Below the pieces are notes generated by a model. The model was not told the origin of the DNA, made no database searches, and worked only from the letters and a program-made list of their open reading frames with translations. From NCBI GenBank assembly GCA_037447605.1, contig CM074811.1, positions 496,001 through 560,000 on the forward strand: DNA of 64,000 nucleotides, given 5' to 3'. This stretch comes from Zygnema circumcarinatum SAG 698-1b (Eukaryota > Plantae > Zygnematophyceae). Made by a program: the position numbers and the translations under genes. Shown here in pieces: positions 45,803 through 57,500 of this stretch (positions are counted from its first letter, which is position 1; each line of letters opens with the position of its first letter).

Positions 45803-48800
45803 TGCCCTGTCGGCGTCTGCCGCCACTCGCCCGCCCTCCCTTTCGGACGCCTCCGCTCGACATCGTCGGGCAGTTCAGTTAGGCCGATGCGGGGAGTTGT
45901 CTCGCGCTGCTCGCGCTCTTCGACCCTTTACGCCCGCCCCGGCCAACAACGACACTTTGGATCGCCTTCGGACTCTCCATCCGGATGCGCCTGCGGATGT
46001 CCCTTCCTTCATCGACACTTTTGAGCCTGTCGACTCGTTTGTGCTTGATCGTGCCGCTTTCATTCGGGCGCTTACTCGCTCCCCTCATTTGTCTGCAGGG
46101 GGGCCTTCGGGCATGGTTTATGAGTTGCTTCGTGATGTGTTTTCTCCAGACACCGGGGATAGTGGGTTTGGTTTGCTTTTTCAGATTGCTTGTGTCATAT
46201 CGCGGGGGTGCATTGTTCCTAGATCCGTGAGTGTATTTGTACGTCAGCTCGTTTGCGTTTTACTTTTAAACCTGCAGGGGAGTTCGCCCCATAGCCGTAG
46301 GGAGGTTTTGTATCGCATGGTTGCTCGCGCTATGTGTTTTCAGTTACAGGGGGCCTTTCAGGATCATTTTTCCCCTTACCAGTTTGGTGTGGCGACCCCT
46401 GGGGGCTGCGAGGCCGTAGTTCATGGCATTCGTGCGACGTTGGATCTTCACCCTGATTGGGTTGTTTTGCAGGTTGATGTGACAAACGCTTTTAATACGG
46501 TGGATCGTCATGAGATTTTTCGCGAGTTACGAGAGGCCCCTGCACCGATTGCGTCCCTTTTTCCTTTTGTGCGCACATTTTATTCTCGTTCGAGCCCGCT
46601 CCTTTTTCCTCTTGGCGATGCATCTGGTGGAGTGGCGACCTTGGAGTCTGCGACCGGGACCCGCCAAGGCGACCCTTTAGGAGGTCCTTTGTTCGCTTTG
46701 GCGCACATTCGTGCGCTTCGAGCTTCGGCACAGGCTTTTCCAGGCTGCCTTTTTCCATCAGTGGCCGACGATACTCATATCATTGGCCCTGCTGACCAGG
46801 TCGTTGCCGCGTTTACTGATTTTACTACTCGATTGGCCGCTATGCGTTTGACGGTAAATTTGTCGAAGTGTTTTGCTTGGTCTCCGGTTGGTATCCCTTC
46901 TACCCTTTCGCTCCCTTGTGGTATCCAGACTTGTGCTGATGGAATTGGTATTCGTGTTTTAGGCTGCCCTTTCGGCGTTGCATCTTATGTTGATCGTTTT
47001 GTTGATGATGCTTTGGTTGAGGATACGTCTCAGGTCGATGAGCTTCCACATCTTTCAGATCCTCAGGTGGCTTTTTCTTTGCTTACTCGTTGTTTTGCTT
47101 TGCGTCCGTCATACCTTTTGCGAACTCTCCCTCCTAACCCTGCTTTCCTTGAGTCATTGCAATCTTTCGATGAGCGTTTGTTTTCTGTATGTCATCGCCT
47201 TTTGGGTCCTGGTATTTTCGATCGACCGGAGGGTCCGCTTGCACGTACGCAAGCCTCGCTCCCTATTTCGGCGGGCGGTTTAGGACTCATCCCGACAATT
47301 CGTGTGGCGCCTTCTGCGTTTTTGGGTAGTTGGGCTCTCGTTGCTCCTATTTTGGCTTCGCGTTTTATTGTGGCTGATCGTCCGTTGCTTCAGTCTGTTG
47401 TCGCTCATGTTGATGATGGTGATCTTCCGTTTCAGGTTGCATTGCGTGACGCCCATGGTTTGCTTCCTGCTAGTGCTCAGGCTCGTACGCCCCCGTTTGT
47501 TTCGCTTGCCGTCGAGTCTGTTCCACGTGTCCAGCTCACTTTGACTGATGAGGTTGTTGCTGCTGAGTTCTCTACCCTTATTGCGGCTCTTCCTTCTGAT
47601 GTTGCGCGTGCTCGGCTTCGCTCTTGTGCGGGTCCTGGGGCTGGGGCTTGGTTGGCTGTTACCCCGATATTTTCCACCCTTCGTTTGACCCCAGGCCAGT
47701 TTCAGCTTGCAGCGCGACTTCGTCTCGGGCTCCCCCATCCGCCATTGCAAGGTTCTCCTCTGTTGATGTATTGGGTACATCAAGGTGTTGGTACTTAGTT
47801 CCTAGCATGAATGTTGTCCGGGAGATCAATGTGCTGGTATAGGGACAATGTCATGCATGAACGGTCATGTTTGGTGTAGGACCGAACATGGGGGGTGCCC
47901 GTATCATTAGGGCACTGTACGGCAGGTCTAGGAATAGTTTAGGGTCGTAGGTTTGCGGCTTTGACTTAGATCGAACCAAAGGGGGTGCGCGGAGTGCGCT
48001 TGGACGGATTGGAGCGCGGCCGTACGGACGGCGCGTGAATTGTACGGACGACGCGGAAGTTTGCGGACGCGGAGATTTGGAAGCGCGGGAGGCGGATTTG
48101 CGTGAAGCGACATGATTGGTCGCGACAGCACGCAAAACGCGGCGCATCTCTGAGCGTGACGTGACGCAGGGTTCGGCAATGTCGGTGGAGAACTTGTGAG
48201 ATATTTGGAGTGCGCTGATTGGTCGCAGCGCGAGTGCGGAGTACGGAGCGCAAAGCGGCTGAGTGCGCCGCGAGTGCGCGGAGTACTGACGAGCGAATCT
48301 AATTGGTCGCGGCGCGAGCGCGAAACGCAGAGGGAGAAGTTGCGGCGCGGAAACGACAAGGGAATATCGGCGGCGAATCGAGACACGCCATGTGGACCAC
48401 TTGCGGAGTGGGTTCGCTGGCTCGATTGTACGGCAGAATGGTCGGCGGGCGAAGAATGCTACTGAGGGCTGGCGAAGCGGCGGAACTGTACGGATGGACA
48501 AGAACTAGGTCGGCGCCATCGTAGGTTTACGAGGCGCACTAGCTGGTCGCTAATTCTGAGTGCGCCCACTCAGCGGAATGCAAGGGCCGGCCGTGACGTG
48601 ACAATTGTGTCACGTCACATCGCCATGGTTGCTTAAGAGAGAGCAAGCTTGGCTCTCTCACTACTCACTCACTAACTCAAGCTCAACTCTCTCTGAATGT
48701 AATGCTGCTCTGTCGTTGGTTGTTTAGGAAGAGCAAGCAGAGGTTGAGGCGTAGAGGAGTCCGGCCTTGTGTATGAAGGTCGTGAGAACTAGCTCTCATC

Positions 48801-49781
48801 ATGCTAAGCTTTAGTGAAGAAGTTAGATGATGTGTCCCTCATGTGTTGAGGTGGAGGAGGAGTTCAAGGAGGCAGTTAGTGCCTGGCTACTGCAGTTGGG
48901 GTGTAGGCTATCTATGAGAATAGGATAGTGCTCATGTAAGGAGGAGAATCTAGCATAAGGGATTATGTAGATTTCCTAAAGAGCTTGTATTACACTCTTG
49001 AAGTTTAAGGAGTTTTATGGCCGTGGGCTTTCTCCTTATTACTGCATCATTTGTCATGTGAGTCCTCGTGTTGGATTGACGTGGTGGATGAGTGGAGGCA
49101 GCCATTGTATGGGCGGTGTGTTGCTCCACATGAGGAGATCATTGAAGAAGCGTGGACTTGAGGAGCCGAGACCATGGAGGAGTTGAAGTGTTCTTGTAGG
49201 TGACGCGTTTAGTTTTCCGCTGTGCGCACCTGGCAAGGGGTGGATGGAAGGCAGTTCGTGGAGGAAGCGGTATGTGGCCCAAGTGGAAGATTGAGAAAGT
49301 TTTGAGCTTCATCCGGGCATGTATTTATCCCTTCCTTGAAGTCTGCCCCCCTCGGGCCCTCCTTGCACCAACATCCTCGTTGTGTTTGTGGTGATTCGAT
49401 TGATGCGCAGGGCGTTCATCTACTTCGATGTGCACACGGGGGCGAACGCATTTTGGCTCATAATGTTGTGCGCGATGCGATTGCTGCGGTGGCTCAAGAA
49501 GCTAACTACCTTGTGCGACGGGAGCCGAGCCACNNNNNNNNNNGTGACCGTGTTGGTGGACTTCCGCCGCTCCCTCGTCGCGACGTGCCTCACATCGGTG
49601 ACCTTCGCGGCTGCTTCTAGGGCTGCGTTGTTGTGCCTAGGCGTAGTTTTCCGCTCATAGCTTCGTTTTATTGTGTTTCGGTCCTTTGTGACCAGTCCTT
49701 CGTGGTTCCACATTTTGCCTTTATCCATGTAAATTTGATGGCCTCGCCATCGCGAGTTCAATGAAAGTTTGCGTTACTCCT
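45803..49781 (+). mobile_element. 5'-truncated, defective CRE-clade-like non-LTR retrotransposon (RT + C-terminal Cys/His finger)
   Basis: RT ORF 45897-47740 has QFGVATPGGCEAVVH, LQVDVTNAFNTVDR, GTRQGDPLGGPLF, SVADD, and RVLGCPFG. It resumes at ~49359 with CVCGDSIDAQGVHLLRCAHGGERILAHNVVRD. It is flanked by the direct repeat GTTTGATACA(C/T)ACG (45789-45802, 49782-49795), a probable TSD. The KPAG/GVRPIAVG motif near 46268-46300 is frameshifted. Confidence 0.85.
47741..49358. mobile_element. About 1.6-kb non-coding insertion splitting the retrotransposon ORF (class unresolved)
   Basis: The RT-side sequence ..LRLGLPHP (to 47740) and the finger-side sequence SLHQHPRCVCG (from ~49359) join in frame if this block is removed. 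The block has no recognisable coding motif. Boundaries are approximate. Confidence 0.55.
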
Positions 49782-49916
49782 GTTTGATACATACGGATCT
49801 ATACTCCGTACAGAGAGAAACAGTGCGGCCGCAGGCCGGACTCTAACATAAGACCACCCGCCTATTGGTCTGACTCCCCCTAATAATAATAATAATAGGG
49901 GGTGTCAGACCTAATA

Positions 49917-50116
49917 GGGGGAGTCAGACCTTGGCCATCGCTTACGAAATTCCCGACTTCCTTATACTAAAAGTCACTTCTTTCGTGTACGAATTCCGGG
50001 TCAGGATCCGCCGCTCCGCCGTACACAGCTGTACCGAAATGCGTACCTAGCCAATGCTGAATTCGCCCGACAGGCTTACGAAATTGGTTTGGCGATGGTC
50101 AAGGTCCGACTCCCCC
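49917..50116. mobile_element. About 200-bp MITE-like element, copy 1
   Basis: Terminal inverted repeats GGGGAGTCAGACCTTGGCCATCGC ... GCGATGGTCAAGGTCCGACTCCCC. A second similar copy lies at 50229-50422. Confidence 0.65.
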
Positions 50117-50228
50117 TATTGGTAACACGGACTTCCTTATATTTGCAAATTCCAAGATTTTCGCCCAATATTTGCAGAAACCATGGCGAAAATATTAGGG
50201 GGGGGTACTATACTCCGTCCGTACATTA

Positions 50229-50422
50229 GGAGTCAGTCCATGACCATCGCTTACGAATTTCCCGAATTCCTTATACTAAAAGTCACTTCCTTCGTGTACG
50301 AATTTCGGGTCGGGATCCGCACCTCCACCGTACACAGCCGTACCGAAATGCATACCTGCCAATCATGATTCGCCCGATAGGCTTACGACATTGATTTGGC
50401 GATGGTCAAGGTCTGACTCTCC
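50229..50422. mobile_element. About 195-bp MITE-like element, copy 2
   Basis: Colinear with 49917-50116 (shared 'ccttatactaaaagtcacttc', 'gtaccgaaatgc', 'ggcttacga', 'tttggcgatggtcaaggtc'). Confidence 0.6.
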
Positions 50423-51509
50423 TTATTCGTACGAAAGGTAGCCTCTCTGACGCGAGCGCCATTTGCAACGCCAAAACCTAAAATTGCGATCGACAACCGT
50501 ACGTTCGTACAGGCTGTTCAATTTCAACGGTCGTATGGTTGTTCTAAAAGTGTTCTAAAACTCTGAAACGTTTGGATATTAGAACATTCGAAGACTGAAA
50601 TTTAAAGCTCCACCATTCCTTTGTACGGACTTTTTGCCATTCCTGGTCCCGAGCAGGCTGTGCCGTCCCGGTGCATGCATACATGGATGACGTCATCTTC
50701 ACGTGTTAAAGCCCCGCCTACGTAAACGAACGTGACGTGACGTGACGTGACGTGACAGAACCCCCCTCTCCCCCATTCTCCTTCGATCAGATCGACCCAC
50801 AGTGCCAGACACCAAAATGAAGTTGGAAATGTTGCACCTTCTGACCAAAGACAGCTCAAAATTATGCATCCCCTGTGCATGCCACTGCCATGGTGCGTCC
50901 ACTCCCTCATCATGCCATGCATGTGCAGGTACGCACACTACTGTAGAGCCATACTAAGTTTGACCGCCTCCTCCTCCTCTGAAGGTACCAAGAGGGAGGA
51001 GAGGCGTCACGCGCCCCATGGGCCGGTCTCGCATGCGACAAAAGTCGCATGCACTTGTTGAGGCCACGGTTGGTCGGTGTTGTGTCATTGCGCAGGCCCC
51101 GATCCGCCTGCATGCAAAGGAGACCAAGGAGCAGGCCGATGAAGGAAAGTGAATCTTGAAAGAAAGGGGGGAAACGAATGGAGGAGATTTTAAGTAGAAC
51201 ATGAAAAGCATCCGTTATTTGAATGCAACAAATGACCTCTCAGGAATTTGATGCAATAAGATAACTCTTAGTGTCTTGTGAAGAGGATTATAACGGATCT
51301 CTCGTAAAGCAAAAGCTGACTTCCCATCAGATAGCCTAATGATAACAAAAAAGGTATTGACTGCAACGCATCATCCAGTTCAACGATTGTGCAAAGTCGA
51401 ATCCAAACATTCCAAAATGATAAGAAGAAAGACAACACCGCAGCAAAAGCCATAGGAGGTGTCAAGGGACAAGGCGAACAGTACCAGCATCGGTAATTGG
51501 AGGAGGGGC

Positions 51510-54500
51510 TCAGAAAGAACGGCTCGGAGGGGGACGTCGAGGAGGGGGTCGACGGCTGGGAGGAGGCTTACGTGGAGGGGGCCTCCTTGAAGGGGGCCGA
51601 GGACGGGGAGGAGGTGGACGCGGAGGAGGGGATCGTGAAGCTGCAGAAATGCAGGGCATTGTGTGAGTTTCCGTTCATAATTAAAGGCGAACTCACTTCT
51701 TCCATAGCTTACATATTCTAATCGAAACACGTTCTTATAAACGTTCTGGGAGGATGCAAAACGAAATGACGACCCTTCAAATTTAAAGTAAACTTACATC
51801 AAGACTTCTGCCATCATATTTCATCATCTATGTGCATCTCAGGCTATATGCATCCCCACGGAGTCAGGTTCCTGTGTCATTTCTTGGGGGATGCAATTTT
51901 CTCTTTGAAAAGCAGAAAATTCAAACTAGCAGGTTATATAGCTACTGCAATTGTAGACAAGATATGTTGTAGCGTGCACGCGATTGGATTGGGTCGAGAA
52001 AATTATTGAAAGCTAAAACCATGATATCGGAGCAGCACTCGATATATCCTAATAAACTCTGCACCATTTTCTGAAAGGGCTTGCAGAGTTCACCAAGTAG
52101 TACTCGCCATGTTCTTCTAGAAGGTCGATAATTGAATCTCTTCTATTGGCGGCATCACATGCATCGCATTCAGTGTGCTCTAACAACAACGACAGTGTAA
52201 AAGTTGATAGAAATGCGACAGTTTCCACAACCTATGCCACTCTTTACTTTTCCTTTCTTGCGAGTATCTACAAGCAACAGGTTGCAACTCACCACACGTG
52301 CCCGATGCCAGCGCATATCCCGCGTCGCATGTGCACGTGGCCGTGTCGTACCCGCACGTGCCGTGGCCCCCGCACGCTCCCTCGGGAGAACCGCTCTGGC
52401 AGAAGGCCGCGCACTCTTGCGGAGGTCTCTGATATTGAGCTGCGCCACATCCTATGACGTCGCGATAAATGCAGTTGTTGGTATAGTTGAAGTAGCAATA
52501 AGGTTGCCCATATGTTGTAATGTTGATTTGCCCGGAGAAAAAGTTGGCTTCGATCGACAAGTCATTTAGGTTATAGCTCGCAAGAGTTATGGAGCCAGTC
52601 AACTTGTTGTTCTTTAAGTACCTGATGACATTAAGGGTGGCGCGTTAGAGAGAAGGAGGAACTTTCCAACAAAACCTGTTCAAGTCTTCCTTGTGTCACC
52701 GCCACTGGAAACATTCGCTTGTGCTGTCTCCAAAGTCTCGGACTCCATCTTCACGACCCTACGCAACCTTCAGCCTTCAAACACTGCACCCCTAAATCTC
52801 TAAGCCTTTCCCTACATCCATTCTACCTGCAATCCCATAAACCCTGAACCCACTAAACCCGCATAGCTTCTAAACGCTTCAACTCATAATCCCCTAAACC
52901 TCGAGTTTTAAGACCTAAAACCTTCAACCCTAAACCCTAACCCTAATCCTAATCTAGCCCTAACTCTATATCCTAAAAATCTTAACAACGAAATCCAATC
53001 TCTTGCATGCAAAAGTGCGCATTGTTGTGCGTCAAAAAAGCCCGCGCCGTGACAGGAGTGACCAAACATATGAAAGAAGTGACCAAAGCTATGAGATAAC
53101 TTAAAACTCATGCAAGCGCAAAATAAATGTAATAGTTTGAGAGGTACAAATGCTCGGCCGAGAGCAAAAATTCAAACTGCAAATACAGCGTTATCGACTC
53201 AGCGGTGCTTACAGTCGTTCCAGTCGGGTGAGTTTAGTGATGAAGCCGGATACTCTCCCCTCCAGTTTGTTGCTGCTCAGGTCCCTACAGACATACATAA
53301 CGACAAAAATCCCAACGAAAAGGACTGAACAGATATAAATCAGGTATTCAACTCCACGTTCTATAGTCGAATTCTCAAACGCAGTCTCACAAAAAGGCAG
53401 GGCGCGATTAAAATTTTACTCGCATATAAGCACCAAAAATAACTACGCGGCAAAGTTTTTCCACGCACTCACGAATACACAACATCGAAACTTGCTGCTT
53501 TGCGAGATGCAATAAGTCACTACACTCATGATTTCAGGAAAATAGCCATACAAATTCATGCAAATCATACAATTTCGCGAGGTTCCCAATAGAGTTCGGG
53601 ATAACGCCCCTCAGAATAAGTAAAGCGTCTCATGTGAATTAGCATCCAACGATCTTCATAAAAAGCTTCACGAGCTTGGCGGATATCTTGCGGCAAAAGA
53701 AAAACTAACAAAATGAAACTCAGTTGAATGATTGCTCAAATGCAAACCGAAGCTCGAAGTTGCCACGTGCCAAACAACCAAGCAGAAGTTTCATGGCATC
53801 TCCTCCTCCATGGAGGGAGGAGGGGACGGACGGCTTTGCGCAACATGACATGGAGGAGAAGATGCCGACATGGAACACGCGCAATTGGAATGACATGGGT
53901 CCTCTCAAGGGCGGGGCGCCGCCCGGCGGAAGGCCGCTCGCAGACCGGCACAGGTAGGAGGAAGTACGAGAGTACGGTAAGGCAGCGTACGGATCGGAGT
54001 GGCGCAGGGAAGAATCTGAAGCGTATCTGACACTGCGACGTGATTGGCTGGAAGATTCTCGACACGTCAGTAAGATCTGATACGGAGCGAGGGGCTTTCA
54101 GCTTTTTAAATACTTACAAGGCTTGCAGATTCGCAAGGTTGCCGATAGAATCCGGGATAGAGCCCATGAGGGAATTATTACGCAAGTCTCTGCCAAAAAA
54201 AAAAAATAGGAACTAAATAAACATACTGCCACGACTAGCATTACTTTCACTGGCATTCCTCTGTTTGACATTTCTATCACTTGAATTTCAAATTTATGGG
54301 GAAAAATACTCACAATCTTTCCAGATTCGCAAGGTTGCCAATAGAATCCGGGATAGACCCCGTTAGGGAGTTATCACGCAAGTATCTGCCAAAAATAAAA
54401 AAAAAGCACTGAATGAACATGCTGACACGACAAGCACTTCTATCACTGGCATTCCTCTGTCTGGCAGTTCCATCACCTTCATTTCAGATTTGTGGGGAAA

Positions 54501-57500
54501 AATACTTACAAACTTCCCAGATTCGAAAGGTTGCCGATAGAATCCGGGATAGACCCCGTAAGAGAAGTAGAACCCAAGGATCTGCCAAAAAATAATAAAA
54601 AAGGCACTAAATAAATATGCTGCCACGACTAGCACTTCTAGCACTGTCATTCCTTTGTCTGGCATTTCTATCACTTTCATTTGAAATGAAATGAAATGAA
54701 ATACTTACAAGTAGTTCAGATTCGCAAGGTTGCCGATAGAATCCGGAATAGACCCAGTTAGGGAATTAGAACCCAAGGATCTGCCAAAAATAATAAAAAA
54801 GGCACTAAATAAATATGCTGCCACGACTAGCACTTCTAGCACTGTCATTCCTTTGTCTGGCATTTCTATCACTTTCATTTGAAATGAAATGAAATGAAAT
54901 ACTTACAAGTAGTTCAGATTCGCAAGGTTGCCGATAGAATCCGGAATAGACCCAGTTAGGGAATTAGAACCCAAGGATCTGCCAAAAATTTAAAAAAATA
55001 GGCACTGCATAAACATGCTGCCACAACTTGCTTTTTTGTCACTGGCATTCCACTGTCGGGCATTTCTATCACTTTCATTTCAAATTTAAGGGGAAAATTA
55101 CTCACAAGTATCGCAGATTCGCAAGGTTGCCAATAGAATCCGGAATAGAACCCGTCAGGGAATTAGAATCTAACCATCTGCAAAAAAAAAACAAAAAAGG
55201 CACTGAATAAACTTGCTGCCACGACTAGCATTTCTCTCACTGGCATTCCTCTGTCTGACATTTCTTTCACTTTCATTTCAGATTTATACGGAAAAATACT
55301 TACAAGTACAACAGATTCGCAAGGTTGCCGATAGAATCCGGGATAGACCCCGTTAGGGAATTGTGATACAAGATTCTGCCAAAAATAAAATAAAAGGCCC
55401 CTGAATAAACAATCTGCCACGACTAGGATTTCTATCACTGGCATTACTCTGTATGGCATTTCTATCACTTTCATTTAAGACTCATGGGGAAAAATACTTA
55501 CAAGTACTGCAGATTCGCAAGGTTGCCGATAGAATCCGGGATAGACCCCGTGAGGGAATTGTTATACAAGTATCTGCAAAAAATAAAATAAAAGGCGCCT
55601 GAATAAACATTCTGCCACGACAAGCATTTCTATCACTGGCATTACTCTGTATGGCATTTCTATCACTTTAATTTAAGATTCATGGGGAAAACTACTTACA
55701 CGTTGATCAGATTCGCAAGGTTGCCGATAGAATCCGGGATAGACCCCGTTAGGGAATTTGAATACAAGTATCTGCAAAAAATAAAATAAAAGGCCAATGA
55801 TTAAACATTCTGCCACGACTAGCATTTCTATCACTGGCATTTCTCTGTATGGCATTTCTATCACTTTAATTTAAGATTCATGGGGAAAACTACTTACACG
55901 TTGATCAGATTCGCAAGGTTGCCGATAGAATCCGGGATAGACCCCGTTAGGGAATTTTGATACAACCATCTGCCAAATATAAAATAAAAGGCCCCTGCAT
56001 AAACATTCTGCCACGACTAGCATTTCTATCACTGGCGTTACTCTGTATGTTATTTCTATCACTTTCATTTCAGATTTATGGGGAAAAATACTTACAACAA
56101 TCGCAGATTTACAAGGTTGCCGATAGAATCCGGAATTGACCCCGTTAGGGAATTTGAATACAAGTATCTGCAAAGAATAAAATAAAAGGCCCCTGAATAA
56201 ACATTCTGCCACGACTAGGATTTCTATCACTGGCATTTCTCTGTATGGCATTTCTATCACTTTCATTTCAGATTTATGGGGAAAAATACTTACAAGTTAT
56301 GCAGATTCGCAAGGTTGCCGATAGAATCCGGGATAGACCCTGTTAGGGAATTAACACCCAAGTCTCTGCCAAAAATGGAAAAAAAAAAATAAGGCACTCA
56401 ATAATATGCTGCCACAACTAGCATTTCTATCACTGGCATTACTCTGTATGGCATATCTATCACTTTCATTTCAGATTTATGGGGAAAAATACTTACAAGT
56501 ACAACACATTCGCAAGGTTGCCGATAGAATCCGGGATAGACCCCGTTAGGGAATTGTGATACAATATTCTGCCAAAAATAAAATAAAAGGCCCCTGAATA
56601 AACAGTCTGCCACGACTAGGATTTCTATCACTGGCATTACTCTGTATGGCATTTCTATCACTTTCATTTCAGATTTATGGGGAAAAATACTTACAAGTTG
56701 ATCAGATTCGCAAGGTTGCCGATAGAATCCGGGATAGACCCCGTTAGGGAATTTTGATACAACCATCTGCCAAAAATAAAATAAAAGGCCCCTGAATAAA
56801 CATTCTGCCACGACTAGCATTTCTATCACTGGCATTACTCTGTATGCGATTTCTATCACTTTCATTTCAGATTTATGGGGAAAAATACTTACAAGAACTG
56901 CAGATTCGCAAGGTTGCCGATAGAATCCGGGATAGACCCCGTTAGGGAATTTGAATACAAGTATCTGCAAAAAATAAAGTAAAAGGCCCCTGAATAAACA
57001 TTCTGCCACGACTAGCATTTCTATCACTGGCATTACTCTGTATGCGGTTTCTATCACTTTCATTTCAGATTTATGGGGAAAAATACTTACAAGTACTGCA
57101 GATTAGCAAGGTTGCCGATAGAATCCGGGATAGACCCCGTGAGGGAATTGTTATAAAAGTATCTGCAAAAAATAAAATAAAAGGCCCCTGAATAAACATT
57201 CTGCCACGACTAGCATTTCTATCACTGGCATTACTCTGTATGGCATTTCTATCACTTTCATTTAAGATTCATGGGGAAAACTACTTACAATTCTCTCAGT
57301 TTCGCAAGGTTGCCGATAGAATCCGGGATAGACCCCGTTAGGGAATTTTGATACAACCATCTGCCAAATATAAAATAAAAGGCCCCTGAATAAACATTCT
57401 GCCACGACTAGCATTTCTATCACTGGCATTACTCTGTATGGCATTTCTTTCACTTTCATTTCAGATTTATGGGGAAAAATACTTACAATGTTTCCAGATT

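Larger units (their letters stand above)
45137..50210. mobile_element. Non-autonomous Tc1/mariner (pogo-like) TIR element, interrupted by a retrotransposon
   Basis: Left end is TA|CAGTACCCCCCCCCCAATATTTTC (45137-45160). Right end is GAAAATATTAGGGGGGGGTACTA|TA (50188-50210), i.e. ~22-bp inverted repeats with TA flanks. An internal inverted 'tatagatccgtat' match occurs at ~45436 and ~49791. No transposase was seen. Confidence 0.6.

Noticed and set aside
47280-48501. Antisense ORFs of 150-216 aa over the retrotransposon and its insert
   Set aside because: They are shadows of GC-rich or T-rich TE sequence with no domain motifs.
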